Assembly (NCBI GenBank): GCA_963666275.2
Contig: CAXXOA010000003.1
Location: forward strand, 64,001-128,000
Length of the DNA: 64,000 nt
Source: Oceanispirochaeta sp.
GTDB lineage: Bacteria > Spirochaetota > Spirochaetia > DSM-2461
Direction of reading: 5' to 3'
Below, one piece after another: positions 1 to 10,838 of this stretch (the stretch's first letter is position 1; every line of letters begins with the position of its first letter). Under the pieces are notes generated by a model, which was given only the letters and a program-made list of their open reading frames with translations, searched no databases and was not told the DNA's origin. The position numbers and the translations under genes were made by a program.

Positions 1-529
1 TGAGTAGCAGACCGATAGCCGCTGAAGCCAGTCCTTTGAAAATGTTGTCTCTGGACAGGGCTGCTACCAGGGTAATGGCGCAGAAGCCCAGTGAGAAATA
101 CTCCCAGGGACCCAGTTTGAGAGCCAGGTCAGCTATAACAGGACTGAGAAATGTCGCTATAATTATGCTGAAAAAAGTACCCAGAAACGAAGCAGTAATC
201 GCGGCTCCCAGGGCTTTGACAGCCTGTCCGTTTTTGGTCATAGGGTATCCATCAAAACAGGTCGCAATAGCTGAAGGGGATCCTGGTATACCCAGAAGAA
301 TGGAACCTACCATGGCTCCTGAAACACCTCCGACCCAGATACCTATCAGCATGGCAAGTCCTAGATGGGGATCCATCCCGAAGGTGACAGGCAGAAGAAG
401 AGCAACTCCCAGGCCGCCGCTGAGACCGGGAATGGCACCCAGAACAATACCGAGAGCGGCTGCACAGAATACAAGCAGGAAGGTACCTGGATGAAGCAGT
501 GATAAAAGACTTGTTAAAAACATTTCCAT
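1..529 (-). CDS. tctA: Tripartite tricarboxylate transporter large permease TctA (runs off the window edge)
   Basis: Hand translation of the minus strand from ATG at 529: MEMFLTSLLSLLHPGTFLLVFCAAALGIVLGAIPGLSGGLGVA...GIPGSPSAIATCFDGYPM, typical TctA motifs. AGGAGG RBS; follows tctB. Confidence 0.9.
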   Translation of the reverse strand, partial: MEMFLTSLLSLLHPGTFLLVFCAAALGIVLGAIPGLSGGLGVALLLPVTFGMDPHLGLAMLIGIWVGGVSGAMVGSILLGIPGSPSAIATCFDGYPMTKNGQAVKALGAAITASFLGTFFSIIIATFLSPVIADLALKLGPWEYFSLGFCAITLVAALSRDNIFKGLASAAIGLLL

Positions 530-542
530 ATGTTGATACCTC

Positions 543-1004
543 CTAAAAGAATATTCCCGGGGGAAGGAACGAATTCAGCACTTTGCTGAATACGACGTAG
601 ACCGCTGCAAATGTAATCAGGGAGTAAATAATCCCCTTTACCGGTCTGGTCTTTTCCGGGCCGGCAATCTGCCGGTAAAACAGGTAGAGCATAACGGGCG
701 TGGCAATCAGGAATCCGAGGAACTTTAATGCGAGCGCAAAGATAATGAATAAAGATGTCATTATTCCTGCCCGTTTCCAGCCCTCTTTTGTCAGAAAGGG
801 CTCGTCTTTAACTGATTTTTCCTTCTTGGATTTTGTAAATAGAATTCCAAGTCCGCTGATGACCAGAAGAAAACTCCCCAGATAGGGAAAAATCCGGGGA
901 CCCGGATCATCGGAGAAGGTTTTAACCGGTATTAGCGATGTCAGAATCACCATTGTTATACCAAGGGCTAAAATCACTACTCCTGTAATTTTTTCACTTT
1001 TCAT
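543..1004 (-). CDS. tctB: Tripartite tricarboxylate transporter small permease TctB
   Basis: 153 aa with 4 TM segments, DPGPRIFP motif and C-terminal LPxG; lies between tctC and tctA. Confidence 0.88.
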   Translation of the reverse strand: MKSEKITGVVILALGITMVILTSLIPVKTFSDDPGPRIFPYLGSFLLVISGLGILFTKSKKEKSVKDEPFLTKEGWKRAGIMTSLFIIFALALKFLGFLIATPVMLYLFYRQIAGPEKTRPVKGIIYSLITFAAVYVVFSKVLNSFLPPGIFF

Positions 1005-1063
1005 CTATATATGGTTCCTTTTTAAATTCCCCGAAAGAGTGACATTCCGGGGTATATAGGCAC

Positions 1064-2038
1064 TTATCTAATATCCAGTGTTGCCGCTAGAGTATTGATT
1101 TTTTCATCCTCCTTGTTAAGGAGTTCCTGAACTTCCGCTACAGTCCTGTATTTGAAAGTTTCAGACATTTTCTCAAGCTGTTCCTGAACAGTCGAGTCTA
1201 CCAGCATTCCTTTAGTCGCTGCATTGATGGCTTCAACTATCGCCGGGTCCATATCTTTGGGGCCCCAGAGACAGAGAGGGGCAATCCATGTGGCATTCAC
1301 GCCCTGATCAATGGCAGGAACAAACTGAGGATACTGGGGTGCGGGATCCGCATCAATCAGACCGAGTACTTTCATTTTTCCAGCTTCTTCATACTGTTGT
1401 GCTGACGCGACACCAAGGTTGCCGATAGTTAAATGACCGCCCTGAATGGCAGCTACTTTATCAACTTCAGAAGAGGCTTCCACCAGTTTCAGATTAATCC
1501 CTGTGTTTTCCATAAGCATACCGGCGATGAAGTGTGTTGTTCCGCCAAGAGATATACCAATAGTATATTTTCCGGGGTTTTCAGCTGCGTCATCGACAAA
1601 CTCTTTCATGTTGTTCCAGGGGGCATCGGGAGAAACCGCATAGACCTGAGGGGGATAGCTCTGTGCGATAGCGATAGCAGTGAAATCCTCCATTGTATGG
1701 TCGTACCTGCCGGTTGCCATATTTACCATAATTCCTGTGTGATTGAACAGAAGGGTCATTCCATCGGGTTTCGCTGTACGAACCTGTTCATAGGCTACAG
1801 TCCCGCCCCCTGAAGGCTGATTGACCACGACTACGGGGCTTCCGATTTCCCGCTGCAGGTATTCAGCAAAAATCCTGGCGTTGATATCCGTCCCGCCGCC
1901 GGCTTTGGCCGGTACAATAATCTGCACATTCCCTTTAGGCCATGCAGCTTTTTCTGAGCCCGACTCCTGGCTGCCTTCGGCATTCAGGAAAAAGACCGCT
2001 GTTATAAGACATAATAGAACAGCACCCAATCTCTTCAT
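1064..2038 (-). CDS. tctC: TTT substrate-binding protein (TctC/Bug family)
   Basis: Signal peptide; WP..VQIIVPAKAGGGTD..AR, VVVVNQPSGGG and PDGMTL motifs. Confidence 0.92.
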   Translation of the reverse strand: MKRLGAVLLCLITAVFFLNAEGSQESGSEKAAWPKGNVQIIVPAKAGGGTDINARIFAEYLQREIGSPVVVVNQPSGGGTVAYEQVRTAKPDGMTLLFNHTGIMVNMATGRYDHTMEDFTAIAIAQSYPPQVYAVSPDAPWNNMKEFVDDAAENPGKYTIGISLGGTTHFIAGMLMENTGINLKLVEASSEVDKVAAIQGGHLTIGNLGVASAQQYEEAGKMKVLGLIDADPAPQYPQFVPAIDQGVNATWIAPLCLWGPKDMDPAIVEAINAATKGMLVDSTVQEQLEKMSETFKYRTVAEVQELLNKEDEKINTLAATLDIR

Positions 2039-2064
2039 TTTAAACTCCTTTAACCATTTAGATA

Positions 2065-2955
2065 TTATTTAAACGCTTCTGTCAAAGCGTTAATAATTAA
2101 ATCTCTTGCTTCCTTGGATTCCGCCGTTCCATGAATGACGAATCCATGATCGCTTTCGAGGAAACTCCGCATTTTAACTTCTACTCCCGCATGCAACAGC
2201 ATGAGAGCATATCTTTCCGCTTCAAATCTCAGGCAGTCTTTTCCAGCTGTAAGAATCAGGGCGGGAGGCATTCCTTTCAGGGTGTCTTCTTCAGCACAGA
2301 CAAGAGAAAAGTAGGGGTTAGAGTAATCTTCCATCTTGTCCATGTACAGGGAGGAGAAATATCTCATCCTTTCGACCGGAAGTACCGTATGGGGTTCCAC
2401 TTTTTCAGCGGGGTCGGTTTGAGCATCAAGAAAGGGGTAGTCCAGTATCTGAAGGCAGGGGGTGAAGTGTTTGCTCTGGTTGGCAATGAGGCAGATCGCT
2501 GCAGCAAAATTTCCGCCGGCGCTGTGCCCCCCGACGGCAATCCTCTCTGGATCAACCTGCAGTTCTTCTGCATTTTCAAATGCCCATTTCACCACATCGT
2601 AGCATTCGTTCAGACCTACCGGAAAGGGGTATTCCGGAGCCAGTTTATAATCTATATCAATGACTTTACATCCCAGAGTTTCAGCGACATAGGAGCAGAA
2701 TATGGTATCCCTCTTTTCATGTCCCCGAACGAATCCTCCTCCGTGCATATTGATAAATAAGGGATATTTCGTTTTCTTTTTCCTGGGTTCTATAAAAATG
2801 GTACGGGCTTCACCCTCTCTCGTGGGAATCGATCTTTCATACCGGTCAACTTTTTCCAGATAAGACACCATTTCTGGTGTCAGGTGAGTCTGAACGACTG
2901 ATGAACTCCGAAGCTGTTTCGCGACTTTTAATTTTTCATCATATGTCAGGATCAA
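2065..2955 (-). CDS. Alpha/beta hydrolase, HSL (family IV) esterase/lipase
   Basis: HGGGF oxyanion motif, DYKLAPEYPFP, GHSAGG nucleophile, Asp (GKDCL) and His (DHGF); TTG start after GGAG. Confidence 0.9.
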   Translation of the reverse strand: MILTYDEKLKVAKQLRSSSVVQTHLTPEMVSYLEKVDRYERSIPTREGEARTIFIEPRKKKTKYPLFINMHGGGFVRGHEKRDTIFCSYVAETLGCKVIDIDYKLAPEYPFPVGLNECYDVVKWAFENAEELQVDPERIAVGGHSAGGNFAAAICLIANQSKHFTPCLQILDYPFLDAQTDPAEKVEPHTVLPVERMRYFSSLYMDKMEDYSNPYFSLVCAEEDTLKGMPPALILTAGKDCLRFEAERYALMLLHAGVEVKMRSFLESDHGFVIHGTAESKEARDLIINALTEAFK

Positions 2956-3036
2956 TTCTTCACTCCTTATTCAGCTGGTTTAAACATGTCTTCCTGATTC
3001 AGGTTTGCAATATGTGACAGCCTTGTGTTCGGTTAG

Positions 3037-3053
3037 TTGCAAAGGATATGCCA
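3037..3053 (-). promoter_or_regulatory. Sigma54 (-24/-12) promoter for the esterase-tctCBA operon
   Basis: Minus strand TGGCATATCCTTTGCAA matches TGGCAY-N5-TTGCW; a divergent bEBP gene is adjacent. Confidence 0.85.
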
Positions 3054-3196
3054 TTTGGCTTAATTTCCGTTTTTTTTGTTTCTCTTATTAGCTGGTATTT
3101 GTGTAATTCTCTTATTGGTATAAAGATAGTTTATTGAAAATTCTGAATAAAATTGGCAGACTCTATCTGAGTCGCTGGGAAAGATAATTTTTATTT

Positions 3197-3213
3197 TGTT
3201 GCAATATGCAACA
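3197..3213. promoter_or_regulatory. Palindromic candidate enhancer (UAS) for the PrpR-like activator
   Basis: TGTTGCA-ATA-TGCAACA, with degenerate copies at 3236-3248 and 3003-3019; about 150 bp upstream of the sigma54 promoter. Confidence 0.65.
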
Positions 3214-3259
3214 AGTGATGTATAATTTTAATAACTGTTGCATATTGCGGAGGTTGGGC

Positions 3260-5242
3260 TTGGCGAAGATCCTTCACGTGGTTCCTGATGAATCTGTTAA
3301 AAAGCTGGTTCGGGAGGCCATAGATGAACACCATCAGTACTATTCGCATATTTATCCGAAAAGGGTTTACTGTGATGTAGAACTGACCATCAGAAAAAGT
3401 GTCGATTTCGTAGAGCAAGGGGAATTTAATGCAGATGTTATTATTGCCAGGGGGCTGCTGGCAACTAAACTGAAAAAGACTCATCCCTCCATCCCCGTGG
3501 TGGAAACACCAGTTACTATCAGTGATCTGATGCTGTCTCTGCAGGAATTGAAGCAGATTAATCCCGAACCTTCCGGCATTGCTCTCATCGGACTGGGAAT
3601 GATTCTCCATCAGGCGAAAGTGGCGGGAGATCTTTTCGATGTGGAATTTGAACCAATTGATTATCTGCTTACACCAAAATCTTCGAATGTGATCGAGGAA
3701 CTTTTTGAGGAAGCCCTTTCCAGGGGCTATACCTCGTTTATGGGCGGTAGCTCTCTTGTTCAACTGGCAAAAGCAAATGGATACCCAGCCAGTTTTGTTA
3801 ACAGCAGCAAGGATTCCATCTGGCTTGCTCTGACAGAAGCTCAGCACATAGCCGCCATCCGGCGGGTAGAGCGGGAAAGAGCCGCCCGTTTTGAAACAAT
3901 ACTCAACCACTCTCTGGAAGGGATCATTGCCACCAACTCCTACCGGCGTATTATACAGATGAATTCAGCTGCCGGAGAAGTTCTGGGGCTGGATCCTGTA
4001 AAGGCCATCGGAGCAAGGATTGAAGACCTTATCCCTGAACCCAAATTCCTTGCATTCCTGCGAAAAGACAGGAATTGCTACAATGAACTGATAAAGCTGG
4101 GAAAGAGTCGGATTGTTTTAAATAAGGTTGCCTCTTCTCTGGGGGAGGAAACAATAGGAAATGTTTTCACCCTTCAGGATGTGAGCAATCTACAATCAAC
4201 GGAAATCAAGATACGCAGTGAGCTGAACCGCCGCGGTTTGGTGGCCAAATACAGTTTTGAAGATATTATCGGCGAGAGTTCTCAGATCAAAACAACCATA
4301 GAAAGGGCCAGGATGTTTGCCCTGGTTCCCTCCAATACTCTGATTGTAGGAGAAACCGGTACGGGGAAAGAGCTTTTTGCTCAGAGTATGCATAATGCCA
4401 GCCCCCGGAAGGATGCTCCCTTTGTGGCTGTAAACTGTGCGGCTATTCCTGAGAATCTGATGGAGAGCGAGTTTTTCGGGTATACAGGCGGTGCATTTAC
4501 CGGGGCATCCAAAGAAGGTAAGATGGGTTTTTTTGAACTGGCTCATGAGGGAACACTATTTCTGGATGAGGTTTCAGAAATTCCTTTTAAGCTGCAGAGT
4601 AAACTTCTCCGTGTTATTCAGGAAGGGGAGGTTATGAGAATCGGTCACGATAAGATTATTCCTGTCAAAGTAAGGGTTATCTGCGCGTCCAATAAAAATC
4701 TGAAACCCCTTGTCCGGGAGGGGCAGTTCCGGGAGGATCTCTATTATCGTCTTGCGGTACTGCAGCTTCAGCTTCCTCCACTGAGAAACCGCGGAAGGGA
4801 TGTAGGGCTTCTGGCCGATTATTTCATCGCCCAATACTCTTCTCTTTTTTCTTCCAGAAAAAAAAGTCTTACAGACCAGGCCAGGGAGGCTCTTATAGGC
4901 AATTGCTGGGAGGGGAATATCCGGGAACTCAGGAATGTCTGTGAGCAGCTTGTCGTTCTGAACAGGTCCTACTCTGTGGGGATCGACGATGTGAAGAGTG
5001 TTATGGAGCCTGCTATGGCTTCTTCCTACTGTGAAGAACCCGGTAGGGATTCCGTCACGATACCAGGTCTGAGAAGGACCGGAGAACTGATCAGGGAGAA
5101 TGAAAAAGAACTTATCCTGCAGGTTCTGGAAGAGCAGGGATATAATAGAACCAAAGCATCGGAAATCCTCGGGATTAACCGCTCCACACTCTGGAGGAAA
5201 ATGAAAGAATTCGGCATAGAGTGTCGCACTACTTTAAAATAG
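3260..5242 (+). CDS. Sigma54-interacting activator, PrpR-like (PrpR_N + PAS + AAA+ + HTH_8)
   Basis: Walker [30 protein letters not shown], and C-terminal HTH LGINRSTLWRKMK. Likely TTG start at 3260 after GGAGG (ORF open from 3206). Confidence 0.9.
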   Translation: MAKILHVVPDESVKKLVREAIDEHHQYYSHIYPKRVYCDVELTIRKSVDFVEQGEFNADVIIARGLLATKLKKTHPSIPVVETPVTISDLMLSLQELKQINPEPSGIALIGLGMILHQAKVAGDLFDVEFEPIDYLLTPKSSNVIEELFEEALSRGYTSFMGGSSLVQLAKANGYPASFVNSSKDSIWLALTEAQHIAAIRRVERERAARFETILNHSLEGIIATNSYRRIIQMNSAAGEVLGLDPVKAIGARIEDLIPEPKFLAFLRKDRNCYNELIKLGKSRIVLNKVASSLGEETIGNVFTLQDVSNLQSTEIKIRSELNRRGLVAKYSFEDIIGESSQIKTTIERARMFALVPSNTLIVGETGTGKELFAQSMHNASPRKDAPFVAVNCAAIPENLMESEFFGYTGGAFTGASKEGKMGFFELAHEGTLFLDEVSEIPFKLQSKLLRVIQEGEVMRIGHDKIIPVKVRVICASNKNLKPLVREGQFREDLYYRLAVLQLQLPPLRNRGRDVGLLADYFIAQYSSLFSSRKKSLTDQAREALIGNCWEGNIRELRNVCEQLVVLNRSYSVGIDDVKSVMEPAMASSYCEEPGRDSVTIPGLRRTGELIRENEKELILQVLEEQGYNRTKASEILGINRSTLWRKMKEFGIECRTTLK

Positions 5243-5283
5243 TCTTTTACAGGAAAGACCAGTCCGGTGTCCTGTTCCTTCTT

Positions 5284-5742
5284 CTAAAAGATAAATAGAG
5301 CTTTAAGAAGAAGGAAAAGAAAACCCAGCCCAAGAAGTATAAAAAGTCCTTTTGTGATAAAAAGTTCTCCCGATAGGGATTTCACATTCCTTTCATGATC
5401 CTTATGCAGCGCTTTCAACGGGTAGGCCGCCAGTTTAAATGTTTTTTCAATCTGACTTGTTATTACAATAAACAGAGAACATTTTCTCTGGTAGTTTTCA
5501 TGCAGGAACAGAAGTATAAATGTAAAGAAAAAACCGAAACAGGCTGCATACCGGGCATAATTAATCAGTCCTTCTTTCAGTAAAAATCCAACAGCCGTCA
5601 TCAGAACAACAACCTGAGCTATGGTAGAAACCCGAATATTCAATGCGGCCGCTGAGTAATGTCTGAAGGTTGAACAGCCTTCTTTGTATGCTTCAATCAT
5701 CTGAAGAGAATCTGCTGACTCCTGATTACAGTTGCTTTCCAA
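5284..5742 (-). CDS. Hypothetical 3-TM membrane protein
   Basis: TTG 10 nt after the garD stop with a GAGGA RBS; three hydrophobic segments; AT-rich. Confidence 0.6.
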   Translation of the reverse strand: MESNCNQESADSLQMIEAYKEGCSTFRHYSAAALNIRVSTIAQVVVLMTAVGFLLKEGLINYARYAACFGFFFTFILLFLHENYQRKCSLFIVITSQIEKTFKLAAYPLKALHKDHERNVKSLSGELFITKGLFILLGLGFLFLLLKALFIF

Positions 5743-5752
5743 TTGTCTTCCT

Positions 5753-7285
5753 CTAAGTGACAGGTGCCGGATTGAACAGCACCAGATCGTTTTGAATGCC
5801 CAGTTTCTCCACAGCAGAAATTTTCCTGCCGCTGGCCACATCCAGGATTAAATGAAAGAGTTCCCATCCAATCTGTTCTATAGAGGCTTCTCCGTAGATG
5901 ATTCGTCCCGCATCCAGATCGATGATATCAAACCATCTTTCAGAAAGGTCTTTCCTTGAAGAGACTTTTATTACAGGAGCCATAGGCAGACTGTACGGGG
6001 TTCCCCGCCCGGTGGAAAAAACCTGCATGGTGATCCCCGAGGCAAGCTGACAGGTACCGCAGACAAAATCGCTGGCCGGGGTTGCCGCAAAAACAAGGCC
6101 CTTTTTTGTCAGTTTTTCCCCGGGGCCCACTACGTCACTGATGCTCATGGATCCGGATTTCACCACAGAACCCATAGCTTTTTCAACAATATTCACCAGA
6201 CCGCCCCGCTTATTGCCAGGGGTTGTATTGGCGCTTCGGTCGGCACCGCCTGTGTTCAGGTATTTATCGTACCAGTCCAACTCATACATGAGTTTGTGAA
6301 AGGTTTCTTCAGTTGAACAGCGGGATGCCAGTACAGGCGCCGCATCTCGTACTTCGGTTACTTCCGAAAAAACAGCTGTTCCTCCGGCCCGGACAATCAG
6401 ATCCGCTGCGAAGCCGATTGACGGGTTCGAGGTAAGGCCTGAGAAGGCATCGCTTCCACCGCACTGCATTCCGATAACAAGGTCGGAAACCGGGCACTCC
6501 TCCCGCTTCCGCTCATTAAGCCTGGCCAGGTGTTTTCTGCCCAGATCCATACCGGCGTCCATTATGGCCTGATAGCCTTTAAATGCTTCATCCTGCATTA
6601 CCAGAGTGGAAACGGAAGGGGAGCCCGTCTCTCTGTGAAAGGTTTCCAGGTCTTTCATTTCCAGCTTTTCACAGCCCAGACCGATCATCAGAACCTCTCC
6701 GCCCAGATTGGGATTGGTAGAAAGATTTTTAACCTGCCGGATTGGTATTAAGGCGGCCGGAGCATTGATGGCCACACCGCAGCCGTATGTATGGTTCAAA
6801 CCTACAATATCATCCACATTGGGATATTTCGGGAGCTCTTCCGCTTTCAGCCGTTGAACCAGCTGATTGACCATTCCCGCCACACACTGGACACTGGTGG
6901 TTATCCCGAGGATATTCCGGGTACCCGCAGAGCCGTCGGGATTCCGGTAACCCATAAAAGTATATCCTTCCAGGGGCTCTGTTTCTACAAATTCCGGAGT
7001 TTTATACTCAAGAGATCCCAGTTCCGGTGACGGGGGAATCTCCGATAGATTTTCGCTTACCCAGGAACCGGCGGGTATCCTCTGTGTCGCCGTAGCTATA
7101 CACACACCGTAACGGATTACCTTCCCTCCCACCGGTATATCTGCAAGCGCTATTTTGTGTCCCTGGGGAACATTGTCCAGAAGAGTCAGGTTCTGGGATT
7201 CCAGAATCTCTCCCGCTTTCATGCCGCTGGGGGAAACGACAACTGCGACATTATCGTCCCTGTGAACTTTAACTGCCTGAATCAT
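5753..7285 (-). CDS. garD: Galactarate dehydratase (UxaA/GarD family)
   Basis: N-terminal SAF (DNVAV, GHKIAL), GTRNILGITTSVQCV, HTYGCG, CGGSDAFSG, C-terminal FNPAPVT. Confidence 0.9.
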   Translation of the reverse strand: MIQAVKVHRDDNVAVVVSPSGMKAGEILESQNLTLLDNVPQGHKIALADIPVGGKVIRYGVCIATATQRIPAGSWVSENLSEIPPSPELGSLEYKTPEFVETEPLEGYTFMGYRNPDGSAGTRNILGITTSVQCVAGMVNQLVQRLKAEELPKYPNVDDIVGLNHTYGCGVAINAPAALIPIRQVKNLSTNPNLGGEVLMIGLGCEKLEMKDLETFHRETGSPSVSTLVMQDEAFKGYQAIMDAGMDLGRKHLARLNERKREECPVSDLVIGMQCGGSDAFSGLTSNPSIGFAADLIVRAGGTAVFSEVTEVRDAAPVLASRCSTEETFHKLMYELDWYDKYLNTGGADRSANTTPGNKRGGLVNIVEKAMGSVVKSGSMSISDVVGPGEKLTKKGLVFAATPASDFVCGTCQLASGITMQVFSTGRGTPYSLPMAPVIKVSSRKDLSERWFDIIDLDAGRIIYGEASIEQIGWELFHLILDVASGRKISAVEKLGIQNDLVLFNPAPVT

Positions 7286-7371
7286 ATTAAATTCCTGTAT
7301 AATGATATAAGGGCATAAAAAAAGCAAAACTGACCCCATAAAGAGTCAGTTTTGCTTCTCCTGTAATTTCT

Positions 7372-8712
7372 TTACCTGACCATGCAGGGTCGTTTACTGT
7401 CGAATTCCCAATTGGGGATAAGATACTGCATACTGACCGCATCATTCCTGGCTCCGAAAGGAAGCTTTTTATAGACTTCATGAGCCTTCATCACAGCATC
7501 CATGTTCAGTTCCAGTCCTAGACCGGGTGTATTGCTGATCTGAATTTTGCCGTTAACGATTTTATAGGGATTGTTTGTCAGGTGTTGCCCATCCTGCCAG
7601 ATCCAGTGAGTATCCATAGCCGTAATATCTCCCGGAGCAGCTGCCGCACACTGGGCAAAGATCGCCAGAGAAATATCAAAGTGGTTATTGGAATGGGAAC
7701 CCCAGGTGAGTCCCCAGTCATTAAGCACCTGAGCAATACGGACAGAACCGGACATGGTCCAGAAATGAGGATCCGCCAGTACAATATCGATGGATTTAGC
7801 ACAAATGGCGTGATAGAACTGCTTCCAGTCTGTTGCGATCATATTGGTAGCTGTAGGCAGGCCGGTCCTTGTTTTGAATTCCGCCATGGTCTCCCGTCCG
7901 GAGTATCCCGCCTCAGTCCCGCAGGGGTCTTCCGCATAGGTCAGTCCGCTGCCCTTACAGAGCTCCACCGCTTCATCCAGTTTCCAGGCGCCGTTGGGAT
8001 CTATATTAATCCGGGCATCGGGAAAGGTCTTTATCAGAAGGTCTATGGCTTTCATCTCCTCGGCGCCTTCCAGAACACCGCCTTTCAGTTTGAAGTCTTT
8101 GAAACCGTATACTTCTTTCAGAGCCTGAGCCTGCTCCACAATCGATTCGGGAGTCATAAATTCATTCCGGCGGATTTTGAACCAGGGATTGGAACTGTCG
8201 CTCTCGTCTATATAGGGCAGATCGGTTTTTCTTTTATCTGCCTGGTAAAAGAGGTATCCCAGAACGACCACTTCGTCTCTCTGCTTTCCGTCTCCCAGGA
8301 GTTCGCAGACAGGAACACCGAGAAACTGTCCCCAGAGGTCAAGGAGAGCACATTCGATAGCAGTTTCCGCATGAACAACGTCTGCCAGCTTAGCTAAAGA
8401 AAGGTTTTGGAGCCCTTCGCTTCCCTTTGTTGCCTGATTATGATTGTCAAAGAGAGTCTTAATGATCTTTCTATAGGAACTTATGGGCTGTCCAACCACA
8501 AAGGCTTTGGCATTCTCAAGAGATTTTGTGATTGCCTCTCCTCCATGAACCTCCCCTATACCTGTATTCCCGGCAGAGTCCTTTAAAATGACAATATTTC
8601 GGGTGTAATATGGTCCATGTGCCCCGCTGAGGGACATCAGCATGCTATCATTACCAGCTACGGGAATAACAAGCATCTCTTTTACTATAGGGAATTTTTC
8701 TTTCGGACTCAC
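7372..8712 (-). CDS. Glucarate dehydratase family enolase (GudD/GudX-like paralog)
   Basis: DFKLKGG, DPNG, EDP, TNM, DPHFW and HSNNHFD motifs; GTG start overlaps the tctA stop. Confidence 0.88.
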   Translation of the reverse strand: MSPKEKFPIVKEMLVIPVAGNDSMLMSLSGAHGPYYTRNIVILKDSAGNTGIGEVHGGEAITKSLENAKAFVVGQPISSYRKIIKTLFDNHNQATKGSEGLQNLSLAKLADVVHAETAIECALLDLWGQFLGVPVCELLGDGKQRDEVVVLGYLFYQADKRKTDLPYIDESDSSNPWFKIRRNEFMTPESIVEQAQALKEVYGFKDFKLKGGVLEGAEEMKAIDLLIKTFPDARINIDPNGAWKLDEAVELCKGSGLTYAEDPCGTEAGYSGRETMAEFKTRTGLPTATNMIATDWKQFYHAICAKSIDIVLADPHFWTMSGSVRIAQVLNDWGLTWGSHSNNHFDISLAIFAQCAAAAPGDITAMDTHWIWQDGQHLTNNPYKIVNGKIQISNTPGLGLELNMDAVMKAHEVYKKLPFGARNDAVSMQYLIPNWEFDSKRPCMVR

Positions 8713-10229
8713 TGTTCAGCTCCTTGTCTTTTTTCTTGTTCAAGTTCTTTCACCGCTACTTTATGATTGTTAATTAGAGTCATGATCATGGAGATGACTG
8801 TAAGGACAAGAAATGTAGCACTGATCGGATGTGTAAAAACATCCCAGGCATTACCATTAGAGTACTCAAGTCCCCTTCTCAGATTAAGTTCAAGAGCGCC
8901 TTCCAGGATAAATCCCAAAATAAAAGGGGGGGCGGGTATTTTGAATTTATTCATCATCAACCCGATAAAACCAAATAACAGGAGACCCCACATATCGAAA
9001 ACACGGTTACCAAGAGCATAGGCTCCTATTGAACAGAGAACTACGATAAGAGGGATCAGAATATGATTTGGTACCTTGAGAACCTGTACAAACATTCTCA
9101 TTCCCGCCCACATCAATACAGCCATAAAGATAATACCCAGTACCATTGAAGCAAAAATGCTGAAAACAACATCGCCGTTTTGCTGGAAAAGGAGAGGGCC
9201 TGGCTGCATTCCGTGAAGCATAAATCCTCCGAGAAGAATCGCTGTTGCGCCGTCTCCGGGAATTCCGAGAGTGAGAAGGGGTATCATCGCTCCTCCAATA
9301 GAGGCATTGTTGCTGGCTTCAGAAGCAATAAGCCCATCAGGTATGCCTGTCCCATATTTTTCAGGATGTTTACTGGAGTTTTTTGCTACCGAATAGGCAA
9401 TGATGTTGCTTGTGGATCCACCGATACCGGGAAGGATTCCGATTCCCAGCCCCACCAGAGAACTCCGGATCAGGTTAATCCAGTTTCCTTTCAGATCATG
9501 CCATCCGAAACCAAGCCCTTTCATTTTATACTTGAGAACTTTTACCTGCTTTTCTTTAGTGGAAGCTGTCAGAAGAACTTCTCTGATGGCATAGAGGCCC
9601 ACAAGGACAACAAGAAGATGAAAACCGCTTGTCAGCTGCAGAGAACCGAAAGTATAGCGCTGAGCACCGTCAACCGGCGAAAGTCCCACCGTGGCAATCA
9701 TCATTCCGAACATGGCGCTCAACAGACCTTTGACAACTGACCTTCCTGTCAGTGAGGCAATCAGTGTCAGAGCAAAGAACGTTACAGAGAAGTATTCCCA
9801 GGGGCCGAACTTCAAAGTGAGTTTGGCAAGAGCGGGAGAAGCGAAGATCATGACGGCCACACCGATCAGAGTACCTACCAGGGAGGCAAATACGGCAATG
9901 CCCAGGGCCTTTCCGGCTTCTCCCTTCTTTGCCATGGGCGATCCTTCAAATGTGGTGGCAATCGAAGCCGGAGTCCCCGGCATATTGAGAAGGATTGCCG
10001 AAATAAGACCTCCTGAAATACCTCCGATGTATATGGCTGTCAACATGGATAAACCCACATGACTGGCCATCACATAAGTAACAGGCAGGAACATGGAAAG
10101 CCCTGCCACCGTGGTAAGTCCGGGAAGCGCACCGAATATGATTCCCACCATTACACCCAGAAATACCATAATGATGGTCATGGGATCAGTATAAACATTG
10201 GCAAAGCCGGATAATAACATTTCAAACAT
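8709..10229 (-). CDS. tctA: TTT large permease TctA
   Basis: [32 protein letters not shown] and PGPLLF motifs; many TM segments. Confidence 0.92.
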   Translation of the reverse strand: MFEMLLSGFANVYTDPMTIIMVFLGVMVGIIFGALPGLTTVAGLSMFLPVTYVMASHVGLSMLTAIYIGGISGGLISAILLNMPGTPASIATTFEGSPMAKKGEAGKALGIAVFASLVGTLIGVAVMIFASPALAKLTLKFGPWEYFSVTFFALTLIASLTGRSVVKGLLSAMFGMMIATVGLSPVDGAQRYTFGSLQLTSGFHLLVVLVGLYAIREVLLTASTKEKQVKVLKYKMKGLGFGWHDLKGNWINLIRSSLVGLGIGILPGIGGSTSNIIAYSVAKNSSKHPEKYGTGIPDGLIASEASNNASIGGAMIPLLTLGIPGDGATAILLGGFMLHGMQPGPLLFQQNGDVVFSIFASMVLGIIFMAVLMWAGMRMFVQVLKVPNHILIPLIVVLCSIGAYALGNRVFDMWGLLLFGFIGLMMNKFKIPAPPFILGFILEGALELNLRRGLEYSNGNAWDVFTHPISATFLVLTVISMIMTLINNHKVAVKELEQEKRQGAEQ

Positions 10230-10239
10230 ATTAATTCTC

Positions 10240-10809
10240 CTATCCAAAAATTCCGCTGGGAAGGAATAGAGTGAGATAATTTGTGAAAATATAGAAGATC
10301 AGGATCGAGATGCCGATGGAAAAGAGAATGATAAAGAGATACCATTTTTTCCTTTCTTCTTTATTTGTCAGTAAGATGGATTCGGCTATCAGAAACAGGG
10401 AACTTGATAAAACGAACCCCAGAGGCTGGTAGAGTGCGATGTAAATTATGAGGTAAATAAAAGAAAGAATCAGTTTAACCGGTATAACCCTATCGATTCG
10501 GGCAATTATTGATCCTTCGGGAGGTTCCATACAGGCCACTTCATCGGGATCACAGATTTCGTCTTTGTTTTCAGTATTTTCAATTTGCAGATTTTTGATT
10601 TTTTTATCTTTCAGATACACCTGAACAATGTGAGTTATACTCAATATTATGGTAAGAACACCTAAAAGCACAGGAACAGACCGAGAATCCAATCCTCTGT
10701 TCCCGAATGGAGTGAACGTAGATATGGTGGTAGACCCTATCATATAGGCAACAGCTAGCACGAGGAAAAAGACTCCCACTCCTATCTCGGTCTTTAAATC
10801 TTTATTCAT
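10240..10809 (-). CDS. tctB: TTT small permease TctB
   Basis: 4 TM segments, LGFVLSS, C-terminal LPSG; lies between tctC and tctA. Confidence 0.85.
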   Translation of the reverse strand: MNKDLKTEIGVGVFFLVLAVAYMIGSTTISTFTPFGNRGLDSRSVPVLLGVLTIILSITHIVQVYLKDKKIKNLQIENTENKDEICDPDEVACMEPPEGSIIARIDRVIPVKLILSFIYLIIYIALYQPLGFVLSSSLFLIAESILLTNKEERKKWYLFIILFSIGISILIFYIFTNYLTLFLPSGIFG

Positions 10810-10838
10810 TTTGAATATCTCCAAATGGTATAGTCATA

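Noticed and set aside
36..494. Plus-strand 152-aa ORF
   Set aside because: Antisense shadow of tctA, whose motifs read on the minus strand.
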